A DNA stretch of 63,645 bases, filler included, from Olpidium bornovanus S191 (lineage: Eukaryota > Fungi > Olpidiomycota): the NCBI GenBank assembly GCA_017911155.1. It is 29 parts of 29 records of this genome, joined end to end, with 100 filler letters (N's around TTAATTAATTAA, not from the genome) between each part and the next. Parts side by side here need not be neighbours in the genome. Positions count along the whole stretch, not along the records: positions 48,873 to 51,083 come from JAEFCI010013346.1; positions 51,184 to 52,368 come from JAEFCI010003634.1; positions 52,469 to 55,528 come from JAEFCI010012209.1; positions 55,629 to 58,118 come from JAEFCI010006299.1; positions 58,219 to 62,343 come from JAEFCI010012703.1; 24 more parts are not named here. One strand, 5' to 3'. Numbering within the stretch: the first letter of the stretch is position 1; every line of letters starts with the position of its first letter. Positions 50,673 to 61,850 of this stretch are shown one piece after another. The translations under genes were made by a program, and so were the position numbers. The notes below the pieces were generated by a model that was not told where the DNA came from, searched no databases, and worked only from the letters and a program-made list of their open reading frames with translations.

Positions 50673-51499
50673 GGTTCACCGCAGACGAGACGCTGCTCGA
50701 GGGAGCTCGTGTTGGCGTGGGGGGCAGCAAAGCGGGGGCCGTTCTCTCTTCCTTTCTCATTTTCCCTTTCAAACGCCGAGGCAGGGGTCAGCGGGAGGCA
50801 CGTGACGATGCGCTGTAATCACGTGCCGTCCGCGGGGCGCCAGCCCCGCGTTTGGCGCTCCGGACAACTCCACAACCACTCGCGGCGGGCGGAGGAGCGA
50901 ATTCACAGCCCAAAAAGTGATCTGATTCTGTCTTCAGCCTTGCGCGGCCGCATTTTGGCCGGTGGCGAGGCTCAACCCCTGCAGGCCGGCACGGCTTCAT
51001 CATCTGCTCCTTCGCTTCAACCGAAACCCGCCCGCACGCGGCCTGCTCGCGGATTGCGCCGCTCAAAAAAAAAAAAAAAAAAANNNNNNNNNNNNNNNNN
51101 NNNNNNNNNNNNNNNNNNNNNNNNNNNTTAATTAATTAANNNNNNNNNNNNNNNNNNNNNNNNNNNNNNNNNNNNNNNNNNNNAAATGGATTCTATTAAA
51201 TAGATAATGGAAATGAACCATTAACCTTAACTAACTAAGTTAGTGTAATCAATTAATTTAAACCATTTATTATTGAATAGTTATATATGATGTAATAGCA
51301 CATGTTCACGGCATGCGTCCTCATCACGACAACTCTCCAGATCTGTTCGTCGGATGGAGCCGTGCACCCGTAAAAAACTCGACCTCGTCGGCCTCAGTCT
51401 AAGCTTGCAACCCTTCACGGTCGGCGAGGAGGACCTCGAGAGCCCCGGGCAGCGCGACGCCTCCAAGACTTGAAAGAGGATCTGCGCGCATGACGTGTC

Positions 51500-51790
51500 T
51501 AAGAATTAGCTTCCATAATTCGCTTCCATGCCGAAGGCAAATCCGGTGCTGGGGTCACGAGTTGGCCACAGTGGCCCATGCAGCCCTTCCAACGAAGCTC
51601 GCAGACCATACCCTGGTCTTAGCCCCTCGCGCGGTGGCCAGCCTCCAAAGGACCGCACCTGAGCGTGATTTGCTGCACTCCATCTTCCAGACACGTGAGC
51701 TCGTCGGAGGGTTGACGACGTCCCTTCAGTGGAGTTCTCAGACCATACCACGGGCTTAGCCCTCCACGCGATGTCGGCGCCCAAATGGTC
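51500..51790 (-). pseudogene. Possible eroded Myb-repeat gene fragment
   Basis: A 23-bp diverged direct repeat (about 51602 and 51740) encodes AKPVVWSE and AKTRVWSA, followed by GRWS...RS and WATVANS*...CLRH...LW. Similar to AKVKWCE and KPVKWSE at 21017-21925. Confidence 0.3.
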
Positions 51791-52637
51791 GCCCGCCGGA
51801 TTGACGCCTTGCTATTGCATAGAGTCCATGGATTTCCCCTCCCGTAGGGGGGTCGACTTGCTTAAATCGATTGCTTTTCCTTTCGATCTTTTTGTTTTGA
51901 TTTTCCTCCCCCCCCTTTTTTCTTTTCTTCGTCCACGCTTCTACCGCTACACAAAAAAAATTCCCCCGACGTCGAAAAAGAGAGGGAAGTCGAAGTTGCC
52001 GTTGGGCAATCGGAGAAGAGGGGTTGGAGTCGAGAACTGCCGTCGGGCAGCTCGGGGTCAAGGTCGAGGGAGTTGAGTTTCGAGCGTTCTTTGTGCCGTC
52101 GGGCCAGGAGTAAGAACGTCCGACAGCGCGCTGGTTCTTACGCGTCCTTCGAAGGAGAAGCGTTCCGTCTCCCCTTGCCTTGCCCTCCTTCGCAACCCCT
52201 CCCTGTTACGTGCAAGCCCCCGGCAGGTACGGTTTCGCAGCCTGCCATCCTATCCTCCGTCCCATCGATCGTCCTTCGCCCCACTCTCCCCGACGACGAG
52301 AGGGCTCCACCAAGGCGTTTCGATCTCGACAAACTGGCGCTCCCGGGCAGGAACTGCAGGTAAGACCGNNNNNNNNNNNNNNNNNNNNNNNNNNNNNNNN
52401 NNNNNNNNNNNNTTAATTAATTAANNNNNNNNNNNNNNNNNNNNNNNNNNNNNNNNNNNNNNNNNNNNAAGGGGGGGGGGGGGTTCTCGAAAACGGCATT
52501 GCTTCGGACGAAGAAAAAAAAAAAGGGGGGGGGGGGTTTCGAGGTGTGTCAGACGCCGGCCGTCGCATGTTCCAGGTGATTCATGCCCTCTTCTCTTCCC
52601 CCTCTCGGCGGACCGCGGCTCACGCACCGCCGCGCAG

Positions 52638-53895
52638 GAGCAAGCCGCTCCAGATCTGGGACAAGAAAGTTCGCAACGGACACATCAAGCGCATCACCGA
52701 CAACGACATCCAGTCCTCCGTCCTGGAAATCATCGGCACCAACGTCTCCACAAACTACATCACCTGCCCGGCGCAGCAGAACAGGACCCTGGGCATAAAG
52801 CTGCCCTTCCTTGTCATGATCATCAAAAACCTGAAAAAATATTTCACTTTCGAGGTGCAGGTCCTCGACGACAAGAACGTCAGGAGGAGATTCCGAGCGT
52901 CGAACTACCAGGTGAGGGATTGGGGTTGGGAGAGAAAGGGAAGCGCCGGGGTGTGAGGGGCGCACTGCGCAACAGTGAACGGTGCAATGAACGGAACGGC
53001 GACGGAACGGCGGACGATGACGACGAGCAGCGACGGCGGAAAAAGCGAAAGGCGAGAACACCCTTGGCGATCCTCGTCGTTGCTCAAGCCGGAGCAAAAG
53101 AAAAAAGAAAAGAGGGAGGGGGGAGGGGGAAGAGGGGGGGGGGCGGTCTCCGCAATTTCCATTCTTCGCCAGGAAAGGCCCGCGGGATTTCCGCCTCTCC
53201 CCCCTTCCGCCCCCGTTTCCTTCCCCCGCTCCGTTGGCAAAAGACCCCGCGGAACCTTTGCCAAATGCCACCGTTTTCTTCTCTCTTTTTTTTTCTTTTT
53301 TTTTTTTTTTCTAAATTTTGGTTATTTTGTTTCTCGGCCCGCAGTCCACGACGCGCGTCAAGCCATTTATCTGCACCATGCCAATGCGCCTGGACGACGG
53401 GTGGAACCAGATCCAGTTCAATTTGGTGAGAAGCGAGCGACGTGCGATTGATTTTTTCTCTCATTCTTTGTTTGTTTTGCCTGCCTCGGATCAAGTTCTT
53501 TTACGCATTGGGGCCGGTGGCCGGAAACGAACACGGGGACTTAACGGAGTTCTCCCGACGTCCCCCCCTCACCCCGGTTTTCTTCGATCCGCTTGCGCGC
53601 GGGGGGGGTGTGACGAACGACCAACCGACTGCCAGAGCGACTTCACCCGCCGGGCCTACGGCACCAACTACATCGAAACCCTGCGTGTGCAGATCCACGC
53701 CAACTGCCGCATCCGCCGCATTTACTTTTCCGACCGCCTGTACTCCGAGGAGGAGCTTCCGCCTGAGGTAAAGCCAAATCCCGATGTCAAACCCGGCAAA
53801 CGACGCTTCAGACGGGGGGAAAATGCCGACTGACAGACTCCCGTTTCCCCGGCTCGCAGTTCAAGCTGTTCCTCCCTATCCAGAAGCAGACCTAG
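52638..53895 (+). CDS. CFAP20: Cilia/flagella-associated protein 20 (BUG22), 5' partial
   Basis: [31 protein letters not shown]...[118 protein letters not shown]. Confidence 0.99.
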
Positions 53896-54821
53896 GGAAG
53901 AGTTTCCTTGAACAGCGGTCGCTGGCTCGACCGAATCTGCTCTACGCCAACGTTTCTTTATCTTCCTTACTCATCGCTCTGGAATCAATGCGGCTGTTCC
54001 TTTCCAATGCTCCTCAGACTTTGTTCTTTTTTTTTTTGTTCCATTTCCACGGGCCCCCGTTTCGCGGGGCGTGGTAATTCGGCGGATCCCCTCGATTACC
54101 CCACCGAGACGCGCGCCCCTCACACCTCTCGCCATTTTTTCTTGACCTAATTGGTACTTCATCCGATTAGTTCCCTCAGCGAATTAGACTTCCCGGCCTG
54201 CCCGGCCACGTTGCCCGCTTGCACTGCGTTTTCATTCTCTCTGCTTTTCGTGTTTTTTTTTTCCCAACCCGATTCGAACGTCAAGGTTGTTTCCCTAGCT
54301 TGGTGTCTAATATCGGAAGCAGAGGGGAGCGCATCGCACCGACCCTGGGGAGCAGGAACTTTACTATAAGGACGTCGGAGCAGACGTCGGCGACGTGCAA
54401 AGTTGGTGCTCCTCTGGGGAAACAAGGCCAAACGTGCTTTTGACAAGCTAAACACCGAGCAAGATGCCGGCCGCGGGACCTTGCAGGGTCTTTTTCGAAT
54501 TGATGTCACGCTCTTTTCCTTTCACATCGCAGAAAACTATTATTTTTCCTTTTCCCCCGCGGTTTCGCCGCCTTCCTCGACTGTCCGCGAAATCCGATGG
54601 TGGCCCCTTCCCGTCAAACCGGCGCAAAAACCGCCAATCCCACACAAGAAGTCCCACGCGACGGGGTAAGGCAAAAGGAGGGGGGCCGCCCACGACGGCA
54701 AAACGCACACAAGGCTGAAGGCGCTTTTACGCGTTCCGCCTTTTGCACATCGGCGGAAGTTGGTCTGCGTGGGATACTTTTTTCTTTTTTTGCCGTAACG
54801 GGGCAGCGGCCGCGCCGCGCC

Positions 54822-55196
54822 CTATTCCGCTTGCGGCACGAACGGGTTGGCTATAGGCGCCGAGCCGTCGAAAGGTGAAATTACAATGACGGTCGGGCCC
54901 CTGCATATGACCAGTCCCAGCGTCCGCGTCCGGTCCGTGTACGAAGTCGGATCTTCCGGGTCTACGAAAAAGCAAGGGGGGAAACCGCGGTGGGCCAGGG
55001 GTCGGATCGCCCAAAATCGCGCCCCTCTCGATATCTTTCTCTCTCCTCTCCCTCTCTTCTCTCCCTCTCCCTCTCCCTCGCTCTCCCTCTTCCCCCTCCC
55101 CCCTGCCCGCCCGGCTGGACGAACCTCTTAGTGTCTCCACGGTCTCGTCCAGGACGAGGTTCAGCAGCTGGTCGAACCCTTTCAGAACTCCGATGA
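54822..55196 (-). CDS. LSM7: U6 snRNA-associated Sm-like protein LSm7 (5' partial)
   Basis: IGVLKGFDQLLNLVLDETVETLR / DPTSYTDRTRTLGLVICRGPTVIVISPFDGSAPIANPF. Confidence 0.93.
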
Positions 55197-55684
55197 CTGC
55201 GAAAGCGTGACGCGACGGGGGGCGCAGGCGGAAAAGTAAGTAGCGAACGACGGGAAAACGGCGTTGACTTTGTCGGGCGGACCTTCCACGCCGGGCGGTC
55301 GGACGGTCGTCCTTTCTCACGTGCGGTTCCTTTTTTTGGTTTTCAGCCGGCCCCCTCCCCCCCCCCCCCCCCCCGGGGGGGGAATTTGGGGGGGAATTTT
55401 TTTTCCCGCCAAAACCGGGGGTTTCTTTGCCCCGAACCTGATAAAGCGCATCGTGATTTTTATTTGTCCTTTGCCGGAAAATCCCCCTCTCGCACGAGGC
55501 TTTGCTTTCTCGCCACGAGGCTTTGCAANNNNNNNNNNNNNNNNNNNNNNNNNNNNNNNNNNNNNNNNNNNNTTAATTAATTAANNNNNNNNNNNNNNNN
55601 NNNNNNNNNNNNNNNNNNNNNNNNNNNNACATGGTCAGACAGAAGCAACCATAGGCCGCTAGCAGATCCCGGAAACAAAAGTTG

Positions 55685-57046
55685 CTACCCGGCAAGATCC
55701 ACTAAATGCAGTTTCGACCGCCGGATCTTGTCGTCGCCCTCCTTGGTTGAGGTGATTGAAATGATAAACAGGCAATGCGAGCGCGAGGAAGCCGGATTGC
55801 TGGGGGTCTCGGCGATAATTTTGTTGGTGTCACCGACAAACAGCAAATTTAAAGCTTCCTCCTCCGTCGTCGCAGGCACCGCCGAGAGGTTGCGAAGATG
55901 TATGACTTGGTCGTCGTCTTCCTGTAATGTGACGCGACTGACTGGTCCGGTTTAGTCCGCGCTTGTTCTTGTTAGCAGAGCGACCACCGTGTGCGTTTCC
56001 GATTCCGGCCGAATGGCGAACTGCCCAAGAGCCCAAAGAAGAGAAACGTTCCACGGTTTTTGAAGCTGGAGCAAAGGACGTACGGGAGATCCTCTAATTT
56101 CTTGTGTTCCCTGGAGTCGTCAAGAAGGTCGTATCCGATCTCGTTATATATTTCGAGGTATGACACGTGCGTCTGAAAGCTCGTGTCAGCGCGCTGGTGA
56201 GCACACGCAAAAAAAAAAAAACATTCGCGTAAGCGGGCTGTTTTTCCACGGTTAACCGTCTGTTCGGAAACGCCAGCCGACCAGACGCTCACCCGCGCGA
56301 TTTCCTTGAAAATGAACTGGATTGAGCGCGGGATCAATCCTCGATCCGCGTATCGTTCCGCACCGCCCGTTATTGTGAAGGTTTTCCCGGAGCCGGTCTT
56401 TTTCATAACGGAGTAACGAAGGGCGACGTCAACAACAGTGCGAAACTAATGTCCCGCTGGAACTTCCGCCGGTGTCTACCTGTCCGTACGCAAAAATCGT
56501 CCCGTTGTATCTGCACGGGTCAAAAAAAAAAAAAAAAAAAAAAAAAAGGGAAAAAAAAATTGCGCGTGTGGAGGGTTGGTCAAAGGCGCGTCGTGCGATT
56601 TCTTGGAGCGCGTCAGCATCAACAAATCTTACCCTTCCAAGACGCTGCAAGCGAAGGACGCCGTATAAGAACATGGTGCTTGAGGCTCTCCGAGATCGCA
56701 GTCCCTGGCGCACACCTTTGAACGCGCCCACCGTCGCGACGCACCTTAACACAACTTCCTTCGCGACGTGGTCGAACACCTCCTCTTGCTTCGCGTCTTC
56801 CCCGAACACGCGGTCAAACCTAAAGTCGAACTTCTCGCGCTGGTTATTGATCATGCCAAAGCTCTCGTCCTTTGGGACGAAGAAGTGCAGCTGAGCGGGG
56901 TTTCCCTCGTCGTCGTTCGCGTCCGGCCCGTCGAGGGTGACCCTTCCCGGGACGACCCTCGTGCCCTGCTTCGTCGGCCTGATCCTCCCGAAGATCTTGA
57001 TGTTGTTGTCACCGGACGAGCCGGCGTGCCTGCGGGACGCCGCCAT
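55685..57046 (-). CDS. KIF6: Kinesin-9 family, KIF6-like (3' partial)
   Basis: IKIFGRIRP, INNQREKFDFRFDRVF, YNGTIFAYGQ/TGSGKTFTITGGAERYADRGLIPR, SYLEIYNEIGYDLL, LNLLFVGDTNKIIAETPSNPASSRSHCLF, LHLVDLAG. Confidence 0.93.
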
Positions 57047-57829
57047 CGCCGCGCGCGCCTCTGCGGTTGCGCGGCTCTTCTCTCTCACTCTCTCTTTCTC
57101 TCTCTTGGGCTGTCTCTGGGGGCGGCGGGACGAGGATGCGATCTTCCGAGGATCCGGCAGGCGGCAAGCGGGTGGCGGCGGGGAAGGTGAAGGGTGCGGC
57201 GGCGCGCAGGAGGGTGGCGACGGGGCGGGGTGGTGAGGGGACGACGGACGGACGGGATGGCGATGACGGGCGCGATGCGGCGCGGGGATGCACCAATCGA
57301 TGACGGGGGACAAATGATGATGGTACGGCTCTTTCGCGCGGGCAGGATGACGACAATGCAACCCGATGGTTTCGTCAATCAATCACGTCATGCGCTGCCG
57401 ACGTTCTCTGGAGCGTGGCCTCAGTGCGCGCGCGTGTCGGGGAGGCGCGGGGCGGTGTTGATCCCGCGTTGGAACCGAGCGAGAGAATCTCTCCGGAAAA
57501 GCTCTGCGCGCAAAAGAAAAATTACAAAAAAAAAAAAAAAAAAAATGTGGGGCCTGCACCCCACAGACCTCCAGGTCCTCCGCCCCCGCCCGCCCCGCCG
57601 CACTCCCGCGGACAACGCATAGAAACGCGCGCGGGTGAGAAAAGAAGCCGGGCTCTCTTTTCCTGTACGTTGCTGTGCTGCGATCGTCTGCGTGCGGCCG
57701 CGCCGTTTCCTCATATTTGCTGCGTCCCCTTGCAGCCGAAAAAGCCGCCGCCGCCGCCGCCGCCTCGCCTTCTCCCGCCCGCCCGGCCGCTGGCGAAGAA
57801 AGCCCCCCCCCCTCCTCCCTCCGTCCGAA

Positions 57830-58068
57830 ATGGAGTACTTCTCCAAGTTCAAGCGGCCGTGGGCGCCGCAGAGGCAGACCCTCCGCGCGTCGCCGGAGCA
57901 GATGCTTGAAAAGGTACACTCGGTCGGTTTGCGCGCGCGGGGGGCGGGGCGCCGGCGGGTGCGGAAAAGGTTCGGCCGCGCGGTTGCGTTTATTCGGTCG
58001 CGTTCACTCCCTCTGCCGCGCGTACACCGTTTGCTCCAGTTTGAAAAGTGCTGGAAGTACGTCCACGT
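57830..58068 (+). CDS. 5' exons of a gene divergent from KIF6, possibly FHIP/FAM160-like
   Basis: MEYFSKFKRPWAPQRQTLRASPEQMLEK/FEKCWKYVH with GT-AG junctions. The family guess rests only on the short N-terminal pattern. Confidence 0.4.
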
Positions 58069-58711
58069 GAGTCCGCGTAGAACAGGGATGGAAGCCGGGC
58101 GACGGACACAGCCTCGGGNNNNNNNNNNNNNNNNNNNNNNNNNNNNNNNNNNNNNNNNNNNNTTAATTAATTAANNNNNNNNNNNNNNNNNNNNNNNNNN
58201 NNNNNNNNNNNNNNNNNNGTGGGCAAAATTCTGCACGTGCGCTATCCCGACGGGCACGTGGAAAGCGGCAAAAGGTAAACCGAAAACTGTGATAAAAACA
58301 CGACCTGAACTGTCAAAAAAAGAAAACAAAAAAGGCATGCCGTAAACTGTCAAAAGAAAAAAAAAAAACGGCTGCACATGGCCCGTTGAAGAGCACATCG
58401 AGGAGCACACGAAAGAGTACCAAGGGGTGCATCGTCGGGTGCATCGGCGCCGGCCACCACACCGGCGACGACGCCTTTTTTTTTTTTTTTTGCTCGTTCA
58501 CGTCCCCGTCCGCAAATGCGACACCAATTAATCACCGGTCCCTGTCTTTGTCTTTCCGTCTTCGGCATCAAGATTATATTTAACAATCAAGTAGTTTCCT
58601 GCTGGTGGTACAATTCCGGGTAGTCGACATATCTAAAATCGGGTTATACCGGGACGGAGTTAACGGACGGAATATCTCAGAATCATCAAACACCATCGCG
58701 GTTGCCCCGCA

Positions 58712-60427
58712 CTAAAGTAGATCTGGTGAAGATGCAATGCACCACGTCGGGAAAAGAGTCTCCCACCTTTCTTGCACATCCATAACTTCCCGCACGCGGG
58801 AAATCTCCCGTGCCACCTGTTCGAGAATAATTGCATTTCCCCCTGCGTTGAGAACTCCGAAAACGTAGCCTCCAGCCTTGTCTACCGCGCGTACCAGCCG
58901 CACGACCGAATCCTTGTCCTTGTTTTTTGTTTTGCGCAAACCATTCAGTAGTGTCCTCGCCCTGGGCGCATGGACCAGACTCGGACACGGCCTCACCTCA
59001 ATGCAAAGGGTGTGAAAGCAGACCAGGCTAAAGTCCTGTATCAAGTCACAAAGAGCCCTGTTCAGTTTGCGGAACTTTTGCGAAAACCTTTCCTGCTCAA
59101 GGTGATTGAGCAGGTACGAAAGGTCAAGGACCTCCGTGTAGAAGTCCAGATTGAAGTCTAGCTGGTCGTAAACCGTGCTCCCTGTCAGACCCCACGTAGC
59201 CGATGTGCCACATAACGCCAGAAAAAGAACGTACGCAATTTCCCATAAGCCTCCATTAAATCCACCTTCGACAGGACGTTGATGTGCGGTAACTCCAACT
59301 GGAGCATCATCACAAGCGAAATTAGAAGCACGGAGATAAATTTCGACGGCTCCGTGCAGTAGTGTGCATCCACAAGGTTCACGGCTACCAGCTTCAGGCG
59401 ATTTCAGGAGCTTAGTGATGCGCCCGGTCGAAAACTAGCTTTACGAGCGAGGAAGCTGAAACACTCACCCTAAAGTTCTCTTTTTGTAGCCGGTCCACGA
59501 TATTCCTGATGGACTGATGATGAGTGAAAAGTTCCACTTGGCCCGGGCAGTCAAAAAGAAAGTAATGGTCTGTGCGACGGGGGTACGCGGTCCCAAAGGT
59601 CAGAGGCATACTCGACGCGACAGAACAAACGACTCCGCGGACGGAACGCCCCTGACCTTCATATTGTGCTAGCTTCTCAAGCAGCCAGTCGAAGTTGGTC
59701 TCGAGGAGCTCGGCACAGTACCTTTCCGAAACAACCGCGACGCGCCAAGGGCCCTTTGAACACACCGTCTGAAACGCGTTTGGCACCGGCGAACATTGAA
59801 AAGACGTACATGATTCCGCCGTTCGGCCCCAAGCCCTGCTGAGCCACGACGTCGGTCAAAGTAACTAGGTCACTCATGTTGACGGCACACTCGTACGGGA
59901 GGAACTCGTTGGCCGGGTCGAGGTTCACGACTGCAACCTTCCTGGGTTTTTCGTCGTGAACCGCAAAGTCGAAGAACCACGGACAAAGAAGAAATAAGAA
60001 ATCCCGCGGATATGAACGTCCGGCTCTGCCCCTGGGTCAAAGCTGAGCATGCAGACCTTCCCAGCGAGGTGAGCATTTCCTGCATGCCCTTGCAGTACGT
60101 TGTCTTTCCGGATCCGGGTGGTCCGATGACCAACTTTTAAAAGCAAGGAAACGCCATCGGTAAAAAGAAAATTACGTCAGCAAAATACATCTCCCGGCGC
60201 ACACGACAACGAGGGCTACGAGTCGAGCGCGCGCTCCCAGCGCTCTCAGGTCTACCCTCAGACCCCCCGGTCCACGCGGTTCCTAGCTTCACCCAGCAAG
60301 CGTTGCGGTCGTTCCGCGACAACCAGCCGAGACCGAGAAAGGCGGGCAGAAGTGCCATTGGCCGCGGCCACTGGGCGGAAGCCGCGTGGCGAGAAAACCC
60401 CCCTGCACGCACCTGCGCGTACGGCAT
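58712..60427 (-). CDS. GPN2: GPN-loop GTPase 2
   Basis: [111 protein letters not shown]. Confidence 0.96.
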
Positions 60428-60859
60428 AGTCCACTTGCTATCCCTTTCGACGAAGGCAAACGAGAGCGAGTGGCGGCGACGCTCCTGCTTTTTCGGGCAC
60501 GAGTGAGCGTGGCGTTTCGTTGCCTGGGGAGAGTGAAGGGAGAAGGGGAGATTAGTCTTGGTCCTGGATCCGCCTTTTCCTGGGCGCAGCAGCACCACAA
60601 AAAAAAAAAGAAGGGGGGATTGCATGTGCCAAGAGGGAGAGCGCTCGCCCTGCTGCACATTTTGCACTACCACCGTCATAGGAACGGAACGGGCACGGGC
60701 CGAACCAGCTTGGAAGGCTATGTCTTAAAGCCACCCGTCGCTTGTTGAACGCTATCAAGCCAGCCGTCGGTTCTTGTTTTCCTCGCCGAAGCTGTCAAAC
60801 CGCAACAAACCGGCCAGCCTTTTTTTTTTCTCTCGCGGGCCATCGCATCGTCCCCAATA

Positions 60860-61670
60860 ATGGCGATGACACCGCCGACACACCCGGGTCAACGGCCGGG
60901 CAGCCAATGGCGGATGTGATGTGGAGGTTGTATAGCCACCCTAGCCACAAACTTGCCGCCCTCAAGGCGCAACTCGCCGCCCAGCGACCTTCTCAGGTGC
61001 AAAGAGGGGGACGACGGCGACTTTGGCGGCAAAGTTGCGCCGCCCGTCGCCGTTGCGGAGGGGTTTGCCGACGACCTCTTCAAAGTCGTGCTGGACGAGG
61101 ACACGCCCGCCTGCCTCAAAATACGCGCCCCGAAGTACCGCCGCATTTCCCAGCCCCTGAACCTCACGCTTTCCGAGACCCTTTACCAGAAGTTTCCATT
61201 AGGAGACGGACAGCTGAAGAAGGCCAAGAAGAAGGCTGAAGGGATCCTCGCCAGTTTTCAGCACATCGTTCACGCTGAGGAGTGGATGATGAACATTTTC
61301 GTTTGTCTCAAGGCTCTCGCTGACGCCAACCGACTGTCGGCTGACGCGAAGGTCTCCTTCCCTGGCTGACTGGAACAAGACGCAGGCCCACCTGCACTCC
61401 GCTCTCTTGCTTCAAGGGCACCAGTGTCGTGACGTCGTCGACGCGTATCGCCGCAGCATCCTGCAGAATCTGAAGATGGACGCGCTCGCCACGCCGGAAA
61501 CGCTGCGTAGGCCCCGCTACGTCACCCGCGACCGCCCTGTTGCCGTTTTTAACGAGGACGAATCGCAGGAAGTTTTGGCGCGCCGCGCCAAGTTCGAGAA
61601 GTCGCCGGCGAAGGTGCAGAAGACTGCCCAGGACATCAAGAAGGACTCCGGCGCGAAGTGGGTCGGCCGT
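60860..61670 (+). CDS. Hypothetical multi-exon protein divergent from GPN2
   Basis: Exons ...GFADDLFKVVLDEDTPACLKIRAPKY...SETLYQKFPLG...FQHIVHAEEWMMNIF...SADAK / GHQCRDVVDAYRRSILQNL...QDIKKDSGAK with GT-AG borders and codon bias. Not recognised. Confidence 0.55.
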
Positions 61671-61709
61671 GTGGGACGAAAGTGGGAGGGTGTGCGTGTA
61701 CGCGTGTGG

Positions 61710-61850
61710 CGAGAGACAGTGAGAGAACAGAGAACAGAAACAGAGAGAAAAAGAGAGAGAGAGAGAGACAAACAGAGAACAGAAACAGAGAGAAAGAAAG
61801 AGAGAAAGAGAGAGAGAGAGAAGGTAAGGAGAGAGAGAGAGAGAGAGAAC
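61710..61850. repeat. (GA)-rich microsatellite / low-complexity tract
   Basis: GAGAGA and GAACAGAAACAGAGAG repeats, probably intronic. Confidence 0.9.
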
